Of a DNA stretch of 64,000 nt, positions 25,203-39,112 are shown in pieces. The stretch's first letter is position 1. Each line of letters begins with the position of its first letter. The notes under the pieces were generated by a model. It worked only from the letters and a program-made list of their open reading frames with translations, did no database searches and was not told the DNA's origin. Where the stretch lies: positions 28,148,001-28,212,000 of the forward strand of contig OX597842.1 in NCBI GenBank assembly GCA_951406725.2, given 5' to 3'. Origin of the DNA: Octopus vulgaris. Lineage: Eukaryota. The position numbers and the translations under genes were made by a program.

Positions 25203-25253
25203 CAACAGATTCTGCAACCGTCTGGACTGCTTTTTCTTCAGACTTTGGACACA
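25203..25253 (-). CDS. Gene A linker micro-exon (51 nt)
   Basis: Consensus AG/GT sites, symmetric phase 1, no stop. Fits between the RING exon (phase 1 end) and the Death exon (phase 1 start). Confidence 0.7.
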
Positions 25254-26298
25254 CTGAAATAAGCATTTCAAAGTTTTATACTTCATAGTAAAATTTCTTT
25301 GTCTCTTTTAATAATCTATATTCCATTTTTGTAAGGCATTCATATCATCAATAGTCAATTGGTGACCACTATGCTTTCGGTCAACACTTTCTAAGCTGTT
25401 ACTATATAATAGTTCAATATTTAGAACCACAACAAAATAGGCAAACCTTTCAAAATCTCATCTTTCTCTTAAGACATCCTATATACTAATCTAACAATTC
25501 TGAAATTCTCTCACTTAGTTATCACTTCATAACACTCTTTTTCTCTTAGTTTTGTTGTTTCTTTCTTATGTCTTTGCTGGACAAGTTTAACGCAAAATTT
25601 CACATTGGTTATTTGTTCCTGCCCATTAGAAAATTGCAGACTACAGCCTATAAATGACCACAAAGGCACAAATTTCACAACTTTTAAAGTAAACGCAGTG
25701 GTGTCACCCAGCACACTGCCTCATGAAAGTCACTGCTAGCTCTCACTGTGCGCGCAACGGTGTGCTGCCATCTGTTGGCATGCTACAGAACTAGTCCATG
25801 AACTTTCTGATACCACCTTGGAGCAATGACCAGGCTTCATGTTCGAATTAAAACGAATCAACTCAAAAGTAAAACCAAAAGGTGAAAGAGTCAGAAAACA
25901 ATGTCTCTTTTAGCAGTAATCACATCTAAAAACTAACGAGTGTGAGTATAAAATGTCTAAAAGGATGGCAAACCTTATAACAAGTGTCAATCATATATAG
26001 TTACGAACAAGGAGTTGCATGTTCAAATCTCACTGGAACGCATATTTTATTCCTATCTGTATATTTTATGTTAATACCAAAACTTTGTTTAAATGTAAAC
26101 ATGCTCAGAGTTCAATACTCAATTTAACGAAAGTTATTTGAATATCAATATTTTTAAACAGATTTAATATTATATTGCTTTCAATTTATATCTAAAATAT
26201 ATATTCTAACCAGAGACATTCTGGGTATATACCCCCCCCCCAACACCAAGAAACACCATGTCTACACAGGTGGAACAGAAAATGGTAACAGGTGTCCT

Positions 26299-26511
26299 TA
26301 AGGCGGCAAACTGGCAGAATCGTTAGCATGCGGGGCGAAATGTGTAGCCGTATTTCATCTGCCGTTACGTTCTGAGTTCAAATTCCGCTGAGGTCGACTT
26401 TGCCTTTCATCCTTTTGGGGTCGATAAATTAAGTACCAGTTACGCACTGGGGTCGCTGTAATCGACTTAATACCTATGTCTGTCCTTGTTTGGCCCCTTG
26501 TGGGTAATAAA
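26299..26511 (+). mobile_element. Full-length tRNA-derived SINE with target-site duplication
   Basis: A-box-like tggcagaatcgttag and B-box gagttcaaattcc. Flanked by gaaaatgg(t/c)aacaggtgtcct direct repeats. Related copy at 29950-30160. Confidence 0.85.
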
Positions 26512-27062
26512 GAAAATGGCAACAGGTGTCCTCAAACATTCTACACTTGCATAAAAACCTCATTAACTACATATAACTGTTCATCCATATAATTTGCAGT
26601 GCAAATACCTGAAAAGGCACAAAAGAACTGCTTCTCAAGAATCTAGGATATTTCTCACAACCTTCTTCTAGACATCAATCAAAGTTTCCTCACTCGTTTA
26701 ATGACCCCTCTCTGAATCTGCCACATTGCAATGGGGTGAAAACCCAGCTACAAACAAATTTGAGGACACAAAATTTATACCTCTGTACAAGGGTTTGACA
26801 GACACAAACTGTCTTTCCGATGTTGTACTTAATAGAAAAATAACATTACAAGGAATATGTAACACTACTCACTCCCCATTCCACCACAAATGATAATTGA
26901 GATCAACTAATTGAAAATGCCTCTACAATGTTTTATAAATTACATCTAATTAGTGTTGGTGAAAATGATTGGGTCAATTTTCTGCCACTCATTGTGTGAT
27001 ACTAATGTTATTTCATATTTTTTCATTGAATATCTCATCAATAACTTATCAGCTGTTAATAT

Positions 27063-28315
27063 TTGTTGAAAATGTCTCAAAAGAAATCGATTCTTAAAGC
27101 TCAAAGGTCTCAAATCACTGCATTATCAAGTGAAGGATTCTCTCAATTTGAAATTGCAAGAAAACTGAAATGCTTGAGAAAAGATTTCCATCAAAAGTAC
27201 AATGCGATAAATTATTTCAAAAATTGTAAAGGACAAGGTCGCAGAACGTGTACAACCATGAGGGAAGACAGGTTGCTGAAGAGGACATCACTGGCAGATG
27301 GGAAAAACACCTCTTTTGACGAAGCTGCTGAGTTTTGGGTGGCAACAAAAAATGATATATCAACTTCAGTGAGAAGAAGAAGGTTATTAGAAGTTGAGTT
27401 CAAAGGATGTAAGGCCAAAAAGAAGCTGTTACTGTCTGAGGGGAACATGACGAAGCAATTGTGTTGGGCAAAAGAGCATGAAGATTGGACTGCTGATGAT
27501 TGGGCTAAAATTGTTTGGTCCGATGAAAGTAACTTTGATATATGTTCTCCACATTCAATTCCACCACTTTACTAGGCATAATTGAAGTTCTTACACTTGT
27601 ACAAATTTTTTTATTTGATACCAAAAATGATCAGTAATTTTTTTGTCTATCTTCAGATCTTTGGAAACTCAGGAGCTGTTTATGTTCACTGTAAAGTAGG
27701 GGAGGTTTATCATCCTGGATGTGTGGTCCCAACAGTCAAATTTGGATTGGGAAGTGCAATTGTTTGGGGTTGCATGTTGTCTTAAGGCCCTGGAATGTTG
27801 TTCACTTGTAAGGGCAGAATGAATGCCCACACTTACACCAACATGTTAGATCAAGTTTATCAACCTTCTTTAGCTAAAATCTTCAATGATAACACCCCAG
27901 ATGGCAAAATCATTCAACAAAATATTTCTGCATGCCACACATCCAGAGTCTCAATGGGTTGGTGAGGAGAAAGGGATGAGGGTGATGAAATGGCCTCCTT
28001 AGTCTCCAGACCTCAATCCCATTGAATATGTGGTGACACTTAGGTGCAAAAATGTTCTTGAAAAAGCGAATTAGAAACCAAAATTCATGGAGAGTGGCAG
28101 AAAACTGACCCAGCCACTTGTGCCAACTTAGTCTCAAGTATGCAAAAATGCCTAAAAGCAATTATAAAAGCAAAAGGAGGACACATCAAATACTAATTAT
28201 TGATGGGATCAACTCTAGAATGTTCATCAGACTGTTTTCAATTATTAAGTAAATGAGTTTCAATCATATTCCCTATTTTATCATAGCTGCTCTATAATTT
28301 TGGCCAAGGTTGTAT
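27063..28315 (+). mobile_element. Degenerate Tc1/mariner transposon (unit A only)
   Basis: HTH region, IVWSDESNF, VWGCM, WPP*SPDLNPIE and IIKAKGGHIKY* motifs, with stops and frameshifts. Right end ...ttggccaaggttg|ta. Left TIR not identified. Confidence 0.9.
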
Positions 28316-29156
28316 ATATTTATCAACAAGGATTTGTGTGTTTGAGTCACACTGGGAACTCATCTTTTATTTCTATCTCTGTATCGTATGCTAGCATCAA
28401 TACTTTGTTTAAATATAAATACATGTTCACAGTTCAATACTAATTTAGTACTGAATGAAAGAAATTTATTGTTCAATATTCTTATACTGAGAGATTCTGT
28501 GTATACACCCCAACAAAAGATAACTCCTATCAAACATTAGACTGATGTAATTGTTTGATATCTTCATAATATGATAAATCATGATGAATTTGTGCAATTC
28601 AACTTTGTAAAATATGTTGAAACTACCCCTGACATCATTTCCCAATTACAACATTTTTTATACACACCCAGGCTGATTGATTTAACCGTCAAACTCTGTA
28701 AACTTGGTCCTTAAACTCTCAGTTGAGATTTTATCCTTGAATCTCCCACTTTACCAAAGCTGACTCTGATGTTCTTGTAAGTAACATTCTCTTTAATTAT
28801 CAGCTCTCCATGATACTGATAAATCATTAATCACCTCTAATCACTCTCAATTGAAAGTAAAAGGTTTACAAATAAAACATTGGGGATTTGGTGATATTTC
28901 AGTTAGTTACCATTTATCTTATATTATCATTCGTTAGTCTTATGTTGCAAAGCACAGTCCTTTTGAAGTGTGATCAATCTTCTAATTGGATAAAGACAAC
29001 GTTTAGTGGATGTAGTGATAGATATACTATCACAAAGAAAGGACCCCATTTATGCCAGGTAAGGGCAGATCTGGGTCTCCACTACAATATGAAGTGCATT
29101 ATTCCATACCAGAAAGTTAATGAGACAACAGACAGATCAAGAAAGAATGTTCTTAC

Positions 29157-29299
29157 CAAATCCACTTTTGCTGCGTATGTGTTGTCGACATATGGGGCAT
29201 TGCTTAAATGTCATTTGAGAACAGCAATTCTGACAAATAACGGTATGTTGACATGGATAGAGTGTGACAGTAGCCTTTTTCTCTTGACACCACCGACAC
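29157..29299 (-). CDS. Gene A exon: RING-HC (C3HC4) finger of Mind bomb/IAP type
   Basis: ccacag| CRWCQEKKATVTLYPCQHTVICQNCCSQMTFKQCPICRQHIRSKSGF |gtaag. 143 nt, phase 2-1. Confidence 0.92.
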
Positions 29300-30290
29300 C
29301 TGTGGAACAAAATATTAACACATCCCATCATTAACATTCATTTATAATAAAATATTTCGTTGTGGACATGTTTAGAGTACAGAATATTAAGGGTCACAAC
29401 AGTAACCAGCAAGAGTAAATCATAAATTCTTCTGTAAACAATTACATACAAGTAGGTTTTGTGTGTACAAGTGTCACATTAACATACACATACAAGGGTG
29501 GGCTGAAAATATCAAAGGCTGACTAAGGTGCAGCCTTCCAACATGCCATCCCAGTCAAACAGTCCAATCCATGCCAGCATGGACAACAGACGTTAAATGA
29601 TGATGATGATGATGACATACGCATTGTTAGTGTGTGTTTTAGGTTATTTTCACATGAAAGCGTACATGACAACTGATTGAGTCAGAGAAGAGAGAGAGAA
29701 AAAAATTGTTGGTAGACAGATAAATCCTATTTACTTCTAAATAGCAATTTCAAAATGTGTTCGTTCACTTTATTATTTAGTACTACATTTTCATGGAGGT
29801 CACCGAACTCTAAAATAGTCAGGGATGGATGGTGAGGTATATCTGTCAACACAAGCAATCATGTGAATGTCATCAAAATAGTGTTTTTCGTTTGATCCAC
29901 TAACAACTGTATTTTCTGTTTATTGTTCTTATTATTGTTGTGTGGTCTTAAGGCTGCAAGCTGGCAGAATCATTAGCACACAGAGCAAAATGCTTTCTGG
30001 CATTCTGTCTGCCTTTACATGCTGAGTTCAAATTCAGCTGCGGTTGACTTTACCTTGCTGTTGATAAAATAAGTACCAGTTGAAAACTGGGGATGTTGTA
30101 ATTGACTTATCCCCTCCCTGACCTTGCTGGCCTTGTGCCAGAATTGGAAATCATTATTGTTGTCTTGAGTCAAGACACTAATGACGGAATAATACATTGG
30201 GAGAATTCAAACTAAATAAACATATAAACATGATTATATACAAAAGAGAAAATGTCCTGGTTTATCTTGTCGTTGCCAGTGAGTACTTAC

Positions 30291-30466
30291 AGTGATTGTA
30301 AAAATGTTTTTAATTTTTCTTTCAAATGTTGATTTTCTATGCAGTCCAATGGGGTCACTTTCTTATCATTACGATGGTATAAGCTGGCTCCATGGCTGGC
30401 AAGATAACTCAAAACTACTATTCCAGAGAGCCTCCTATCCATGTCCAGTTGGAGCTCTCTGCAGCA
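30291..30466 (-). CDS. Gene A exon: terminal ankyrin-like repeat and linker
   Basis: ttgcag| CCRELQLDMDRRLSGIVVLSYLASHGASLYHRNDKKVTPLDCIENQHLKEKLKTFLQS |gtaagt. 176 nt, phase 0-2. Resembles the pre-RING segment of Mind bomb proteins. Confidence 0.88.
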
Positions 30467-31471
30467 CTGCAAATGATGAAATATAAAACGATGAGTAGAA
30501 TATTACACAAATATATATTGTAGATAAACAAATCATGTCAAATGTAGGAAATATAATGGAACAAGTATCACAAATAACAGAACACAACAAACCAACAAGA
30601 ACCTATCTTTACAACAGGCTTGATAAAGCCAACTGGCCAGAACAAAAGAAATATTTATAGAAGAGTATTGTATATATAAATATAACACAACAACATAACA
30701 ACAATGGCAAGCTACATTTTGTTACACAAAGGCCATTTTAATTACCATGGGGGTCGTGTGATGGTCTATGGTCACTCAAGATTTTCTGTAATTCCTTGTG
30801 GAGATTTTAACTGGTCGCAACAAGAAGTATTTTTTTAACTACATATATACTCCTACTTGAATTTGTTTACCATCTGCAAAACTGCCATCAAAACTCAGAT
30901 TTTTGACATCTTCAGATCTGCATCTATGAAAGCAGTCACCCATATTTTCCTAATGGTAATTTCGATAATCCAAATATTGATTGGGAAACCTTTCACTGGT
31001 CACAAAGTGCAACTCATTTCCATAACAACAAACAATGAACAGAGAACACCAAGAATATAATAATTTCTTCAGACACAGCAACAAAACCAACACCAGACAG
31101 ACATATCCAAGCATATCAATAATGTTTCCAAAATTTATAAAGAAACATTTTTGGCTGATGAAGTGAAGTAAAGATTGGTGTGGTGGTTGAGGCAACACAC
31201 CAACACATTATAGTCAAGAAATTATTGAAACTGTTAGTCTGATAGACAATTCCTATAATAATGGGTCGTTGACTGGTAGAGTAGCTTCTTCTCACCAAAG
31301 TAGACATTACAACAATACACAGGTGACCATCAACTGTCTGAAATACATTCACACATCTGTAGTGACCATTACATATTTGGGAATCAAAGTGTTGCTTAAA
31401 TTCTGCAACAACAGACAAAAAACACCATCAAATCTACCAGTGGATAGATGCTGATGTCTTTCAAACAAACA

Positions 31472-31509
<38 letters not shown>

Positions 31510-32534
31510 GCACCTAGAAGTAGTTGATAGCTACTGTTATCTAGGTAATCAAGTCAGTAGTGGAGGTGGATGCGCCAAGAGCATAGCTACTAGAATAAGA
31601 TTAAGCAGGGCAAAGTTCAGAGAGCTTCTATCTTTGTTGGTAACAAAGGGCCTCTATGACTATCTGTCTAATTACATCGTCATTCATACAATCTTGTGAC
31701 ATCACACTTTTGTGCGCACATCTTAATGTAAATTCATTCTCATCACATCTCCCTTCTTTACAATCATTACAAGGGGTATTACTGTAGTCAATATACACAC
31801 AAAGACCAAGCCCTGGCAATATTTGGAACCCTAATTATCAACTTTGAATATACTCAGTTATATATTCATTATCATACTGATAAAAGAAACTTTCTTCGAA
31901 GTCCATGAATATATTTTCTTTAAATTTAATTGTCCATAAACGAATTTATTTTCCTTTCTTTGAAAAAGAATAATGCAATATGCTTTCTCGCAATTAACAC
32001 AGTTCAAGTCGTTTAACTTGAAATTCGATATTTAAAACAGTTTGTGAATTTCTCTTTCTTAAATTTAAAGACTTATCTCTGTCGTTGGTCACCTCTCCTT
32101 CATACAGTGATGGCAGTGTTTACATGACACATATTTAAGACAGGTTACCTTCTTTACAGTGGAGTGGCCATGCTTTTGAAGGTGAAAGAAGATGGAATAT
32201 TGTTAGTTACATAATACAACTAGTGCTATCAGGAGAAACTGGATTATTTAATACTAAAGGAAGAGAAGTGGATGGGAGTGAAAGAAAATAGCAAACAATG
32301 TCTGCCTGTTTCTCTATTTCTCTCTCTTTCTCTCACTCACACATACACACATCCTCCTCATCATCATTTTACATTCGTTTTCTATGCTGGCATAGGTCGG
32401 ATGGTTTGGGAGGAGTTGGTCGGCCACAGAGCTGCTCAGGCACCAATTGCCAGTTTTGGCATGGTTTCTACGGTTACATGCCCTTCCTAATGCCAACCAC
32501 ACACACACATTCACAAACAATTTTAAAAACTTAC

Positions 32535-32744
32535 CTCATCTAAAATAGGAATGCGTTTCACCTCAGAATGAAATTCCTCTTTCTCTGCTGCAATATGCAA
32601 ACAATTATTGCCATCCTTGTCAACGGCATTCATCTTTGCACCGCACGTGATGATTTCATGGACTATTCCGAGGTGGGCTGCATACACGGCTTCCAGTAAG
32701 GGTGTTCTTTTATCATCGTTCTCAATATCCAGTTTCACTGAATC
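32535..32744 (-). CDS. Gene A exon: ankyrin repeats
   Basis: cacaaag| DSVKLDIENDDKRTPLLEAVYAAHLGIVHEIITCGAKMNAVDKDGNNCLHIAAEKE...ILDE |gtaagt. 210 nt, phase 0-0. Confidence 0.9.
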
Positions 32745-33494
32745 CTTTGTGGAAGTAAAAATAGAAATTGAAAATGTACATGAAAATTAGGGTGGATGTG
32801 ACATTGCTGTCTTCTACTGGGTACTTGATCAACCTGATCATGTACATTTGATGTTTGTTAGTGTAGTCAACCTTCTGTAAGGTCCCTCTATAACACGCTA
32901 TGGATATTTGTTAGGGACATGATAAATCTATTAAGATGTCATAAACAGATTGTTTCAGCCTCATCTTCATTTATCCCTCACTATATAGTATGTTTTAGGG
33001 GACTAGAACAAGAGTGAAAATATAATTAGCAGATCAAGTCTAGTAAAGACGAATTATATACTTAATGTAAGCCTTTCATGTTGCTATGTTAATAAGGGAT
33101 TCATAAAACGGGGGAGTTGGTTAGTGTCCACATCCTTACATCACTGTACATACAGATGCATAAATATATTAACGTTATGGATGTAACACGCACACACACA
33201 CACATATATATATACACAAACACATATATATATACACACACATATATATACACACACATATATATATACAGACACATATATATACACACACACACATATT
33301 CATATAACAATCAAAATTGCCACTGAATATATATATATAATATATAAATATATGCATATATACATACCTACATATATATATATGTATATAGATATATACA
33401 TGCATATATGGGTACAAGACATAAAAAAAACGAACACAATGAGAAACGAAAACATAGAAATGAACTTTTCTTCGAACAACTAAAAAAAACAAAC

Positions 33495-34535
33495 AGATCT
33501 CTTGGATCCACTTTAGACAGCCTCTCCTTCTCTCACGCGTTCTCTACATTTAGGAGCCTTTCATAGTGGCACTTCCAAGCCTATTTCTTTGCAGAGTCAC
33601 TAACTGCAAGGGAGCCATCATCCATGTGAACACACTTCTCTCCCACAACATCACAATTTTCCTTGGCAAGCCAAAACACTTCAAATCTCTGCTCCTCACA
33701 TTGCAAGACACTGGCAAACTTCTTCCTTTCTGCTTCACTCATGGCTGAGTATACCTGCTTCCTAGCTTCCTTTCTAACTGCCAGATACAACTCCCAGCTG
33801 CCACCACCCTTCCCATCCTTGTCCCTGTCAATTACCCTTTTCCACCACCACATCACCCTATGCCTGGCTGGGACATTGCACCAGCCACAAATTTGGTCTG
33901 AAATTCTCAGCAAGTTGTCCCATTGGAACTTCCACTTATCCTCAATGCTGCAAGTCTGAAATTCCTCCTCCTTCCCATTATATGCTTCATTTAGGACATC
34001 ACTAAATTTCTGACTAATTGAAGGTTCCTTCAGCTTCCATACTCTTCCTTTCCAAACTGGCTTGCTTCTTGGAATCCTTCAAGCCAGTAGCTTGAACTCC
34101 CTAATGAGTAACCTATGCTGTGGGCTACATTCTTCTCTATTGAAGGCCTTTGCATTTATGAGCAGCCATGAATCCTGCTTTTGGGTGAGAATGTAGTCAG
34201 TTTGGTGAGCATGTACCTTGGATTTATAGGTTATCAAGTGGCTGGCCAGCTTTCTGAAGCAAGTGTTGCGATTATTTGGTCATTTGCACCACAGAACTCC
34301 AGTAGCCTTGCACTCCCCTCATTTCAGGAACCAAATCTGCGTCCCCCATGGAAGATACCTCGGTGCTGCCCAACATATCCATTGAAATCACTGGCCACGA
34401 AGATAAGGTCACAGTCATTTATCTTTGAAGTGGCCAGCAGAAGAGTGTCATAGAAGTAGCCCTTCAGTTGATTTGGCAGACCCAGTTGTCTGTGTGTGTG
34501 TGGGGAGGAGCGCATAGGACGAGATGATTGTTGCT
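33495..34535 (-). mobile_element. Old degenerate RTE LINE fragment (endonuclease/linker region)
   Basis: FYDTLL, SDFNGYVG, DQICGWC, VVGEKCV segments homologous to 946..3393. Confidence 0.85.
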
Positions 34536-35392
34536 GTGCCTACATTGACTGCAGCTATCAGCATCTGAAAAGGTTGTTTATGGACACCTGTAAATAGGAG
34601 TTAATCAGGTATTGTCACCACCAGCAGTGGAGGGTGCCGCATCCTGGCATTCATGCAATGCAATGTTAATACAAATACAGGTAAATAAGTTAGGTAGACA
34701 AATACAGTAAGGGTAGTTAATCCATTGAGTTAGGTAGGGAGAAGACAAGGGAAGTTGATTCATCATGTATTGATGGTAATGGATTAACGAAGCAATAGGG
34801 ACTGAGTGCAGCGTACCCTCATTTAGCTTTGTTGCTGGGGACAAGGACTTTTAACTTTTCTCTGCTGCATAATCTCAGCATGCAATGTGTCTGGTACGAA
34901 TAACTCTGTGTGTACATAAACATATACATACATATATATATATACATACATAGATATTTATACATATGTACAGAGGGGAAAAAGTAGCCAAATAAATTAT
35001 TGCACACAAGATAAAATGTTGACACCAACAATGTACATATATAACATATCACACACACATACAACATGACAGAGCGATATTAAAAGATGATGATGATGAT
35101 GATGATAGTATATATAATCTGATATATATGGGTTGAATTCATAATGACCTTGTTTTGTCTGACCATTGAAGATAGTACTGTCAGCAGTGGTGGTCAGTTG
35201 AACTATCAACACCAATACTACTGTCATCATTGTTATCACCAATATAATTATTCTTCACAGACCCAAGACCTGCCGTTTAAAGGCTGCTGCAGTGAAGTTG
35301 ATTAAACCCACCCAGCAGAATTTCACTGGTATTTTGATGATATTAATATCGAATATTAAAGACAGGATATAATTATGTATTTGTTAACTAAC

Positions 35393-35429
35393 CTGGGCCA
35401 GCATTGAAGCCACCACATCATGGTGTTGC
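35393..35429 (-). CDS. Gene A short exon (37 nt), ankyrin helix
   Basis: actttcag| (K)QHHDVVASMLAQ |gttagt. Phase 2-0 bridges the 38117 and 32744 exons and completes an ankyrin repeat. Confidence 0.8.
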
Positions 35430-35529
35430 CTGAAAGTTATAGAAAGAGGAAAGGAAAAAAATAATTATAATCAGATTAATTAAAACAAATGTAATTGGGT
35501 CATTACAACCTAATTGCATCAATAATTAC

Positions 35530-35564
35530 TTACACACATAATACATATTATACATGTGTGTATG

Positions 35565-35602
<38 letters not shown>

Positions 35603-35617
35603 CATACATATATATAC

Positions 35618-35660
<43 letters not shown>

Positions 35661-36161
35661 TATATATATATATACACACACATACATATATATATATATA
35701 CACACATACATACATATATATACACACATACATACATATATATATATACACACATACATACATATATATATACACACATACATACATATATATACACACA
35801 TACACACATACATACATATATATATATACACACATACATACATATATATATACACACATACATACATATATACACATACATACATATATACACACATACA
35901 TACATATATATATACACACACACATACATATATATACACACATACATACCTACATATATACAAACATACATATATACACATACATACATACATATATATA
36001 TACACACATACATACATATATATATACATACATACATATATATATACACATACGTACATACACAAATACATACATATATATATACATACATACATATATA
36101 TATACACATACGTACATACACAAATACATACATATATATATATATTTATATATATACACAC

Positions 36162-36192
<31 letters not shown>

Positions 36193-36339
36193 CACACATA
36201 CATACATACATATATATATATACATACATATATATATATACACACATACATACACAAATACATACATATATATATATATATATATACACACATACATACA
36301 TACATATATATATATACATACATATATATATATACACAC

Positions 36340-36370
<31 letters not shown>

Positions 36371-36436
36371 CACATACATACATACATATATACACACATA
36401 CATACATTATATATATATATATACACACATACATAC

Positions 36437-36469
<33 letters not shown>

Positions 36470-36480
36470 TACATACACAA

Positions 36481-36544
<64 letters not shown>

Positions 36545-36686
36545 ATACATATATATATATACATACATATATATATATACACACATACATACATACATAT
36601 ATATATATATATACACACATACATACATACATATATATATATATATACACACATACATACATACATATATATATATATATACACAC

Positions 36687-36717
<31 letters not shown>

Positions 36718-36722
36718 CACAC

Positions 36723-36755
<33 letters not shown>

Positions 36756-36881
36756 CACACATACATACATACATATATATATATATACACACATACATAC
36801 ATTATATATATATATACACACATACATACATACATACACATATATATATATATATACACACACACATACATACACAAATAC

Positions 36882-36941
<60 letters not shown>
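35530..36941. repeat. 1.4-kb (TA)/(TACA)/(CA) compound microsatellite
   Basis: Direct sequence composition. Confidence 0.98.
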
Positions 36942-36942
<1 letters not shown>

Positions 36943-37189
36943 AAATAAGAAAATGGAGAAATACACCTTAATGAATAATCAACTACCAGATAATACCCAA
37001 TCACATAATTTATTAACCAACTACATATGAACATCAAGGTCAAACATAATAGTACAGAACAAAACAATGCACATCAATGAGTAATATGATACAATAAGTA
37101 AAGGAACCGAAACATGTAAAATTCATAAGAAAATCAAAATTTATCTAATATAGTAGCGTTTTCAAACCTCTTTTTTACAAATATATATA

Positions 37190-37235
<46 letters not shown>

Positions 37236-38116
37236 TACATATACCCGAAAACAACCACGCACACATATATGTATATATATACATACACATACATACTGTT
37301 AACTAAAATAGTATTAAGAATCATTAAAATTAAGATAATATTAATTGTTAATACAACGAAAGGGGTTGGAAGGGTAATTCGTAATATACAAAAAAGAGGG
37401 GCCTAAAAGGGTAGAAAAAGGTAAGGGTTAATAAAAGGCAAAGGTTGGGAAATATTGAGATAAAATTTCTAAGAAGGGTATAAACTCAAAACCCAGATTT
37501 ACCATAACCAGTGTAAAGAAGATGTAGGTTATTTGCATAAGATACATAATTAAAAATTACACCACATATTCCGTAAACAATCAGAAGACTAGGAAACCGT
37601 CCAGATATCAACACTTGTAAATTTTATCTGAATATTTTCCAACAGTAATCAGACACAAGAACAGGAGTAAAGAGGGGGACAATTTATTAAATGAACCCCT
37701 GGATATTACTGGTACAGATTTTGACCCCAGCAGTTGAACTTGGAACACAAACGGATCAAAGTAAGGGGATGATTCTGCATTTAGCCCAAGGCCAGAGGAA
37801 AGAGGATAATTTCAAGAGAAGGTGGGGGGTGAGGTGTTTTACATGGAATGAAAGGAAGAAGGGAGAGGATTTGAACCTGTAACGTTGAGGTAACGAAGGA
37901 TGAGATGAAGTAAAGAATCCAGTCAGGTAACAACAACAACAACAACAATTATGATGATTAATTAATGAAGTTAGATTACAGTGTCATTAGAGTGTGAGAG
38001 AGAGAGAGGGGTGAAGCATGACGACCCATGGTGGGATTATGACATGAATGACTCGAAACAAGAAAACAAAGATTAAAGAAACAGATTTGGATAATCCAAA
38101 TCCATTGGGGACTTAC

Positions 38117-38373
38117 TTTTGAACTGCCAGATGGAGAGGGGTGTCACCGTCTTCGTCCACCTTATTGGCATCGATGCCATTCTGTTGCAGGAGAAAATCA
38201 ATAACTTCCTTGTGTCCATGAGTAGAGGCAAGATGTAGAGGGGTGTCACCTTGCTTGGTCTCAGCTTTAACATCCGTGTCTTTATGTTGCAGGAGAAGTT
38301 CAACAACGTCCTTGCTTCCATAGCCCGAGGCAACATGGAGAGCTGTTGCACTAAAATTATTTCGCTGATTAAC
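38117..38373 (-). CDS. Gene A exon: ankyrin repeats (most 5' exon found)
   Basis: tttag| VNQRNNFSATALHVASGYGSKDVVELLLQHKDTDVKAETKQGDTPLHLASTHGHKEVIDFLLQQNGIDANKVDEDGDTPLHLAVQ |gtaagt. 257 nt, phase 0-2. Confidence 0.92.
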
Positions 38374-39112
38374 CTAAAAAAGATAAAAAAGAAAGACATT
38401 AAAGATGGTGTTTATTGGGAACTTTGGGAAAATAACCGTGATGTGTGTCAGTATGTATGTGTGCGAAACCATCAAATTTTTAAAGTTTTTTCATGTTAAA
38501 TTCCGATATAATCCTAATCTACACCATTTGAAAGGGATTTGTAGAAATTTTCACAGAAACAAAATATCCACTTTTCTGAAAGTTATAGAAAAACAAAACG
38601 GATTTGGGTGAATTTTGAGAAAGTCAACTCCTCAACGTTTGAAAATTTGTTTTTACAACAATTTCCGATATAATTGGAATCTTCATCATCTGAAGCATTT
38701 TTGTCAAAGAAATTTCATTAAAAAATATCAATTTGTCTAAAAGTTATAAGGAAACAAATTCGTTTTCGGCATTTCTTGTTTCATTAAGGTTTTTTTCTAT
38801 TTCGAACCTCGCCCTGCCATAGAGATTTCTCCCCCGTGGGGCCTCCCTTCTCTCTCTCTCTCTTTCCCCCTCTTCTATCTAACACGCCAATCGACCCCCC
38901 CCCCCCGAAAAACCCCTAATCTCTATATAAACCAGTGTTTGCTCGGTTCCTGCCTCTACTCGATTCCTCATTGCTTTGCTTCGGATGATAAACTTGGATT
39001 TCAGAAATGTGCAGCTAAGATAACCTTGTTTCATTACCGTTTAGGCGCTGATCTCGAACCCCGATACCTTCTCCCCTCTCCATTAACTATCTCCCTCCTC
39101 TCTGTTTTAAGA

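Larger units (their letters stand above)
24800..25262. repeat. ~140-165-bp tandem repeat x3, each containing a micro-exon-like cassette
   Basis: aatggaacctgttctcag...tatactcacc[exon]ctgaaataag occurs three times. Confidence 0.9.
8600..38420. repeat. Segmental duplication unit A
   Basis: Collinear near-identity with unit B: 9060~45180, 13200~48250, 18605~53051, 22495~56950, 37210~62660, 38420~63970. Many identical spurious ORFs occur in both units. Confidence 0.95.

Noticed and set aside
26299-26400. tRNA gene
   Set aside because: A/B boxes are present but there is no cloverleaf. It continues into a SINE body and has a TSD.
35495-37067. Long ORFs of 200-513 aa (also at 4.0-4.4, 5.7-6.8, 8.0-9.1 and 47.6-48.1 kb)
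   Set aside because: Translations of stop-poor microsatellites (YIHT/MYVC/LSLS repeats) open in many frames on both strands. Not genes.
29157-38373. Calling the gene MIB1/MIB2
   Set aside because: No MIB-HERC2, ZZ or MIB repeat domains are seen, there is only one RING, and there is a C-terminal Death domain. Similarity is limited to the ANK-RING part, so no symbol was assigned.
39038-39083. Possible ATG-containing first exon of gene A (MERGEGIGVRDQRLN|gtaatg)
   Set aside because: Ends in phase 1, whereas the ankyrin exon needs phase 0. No other support.
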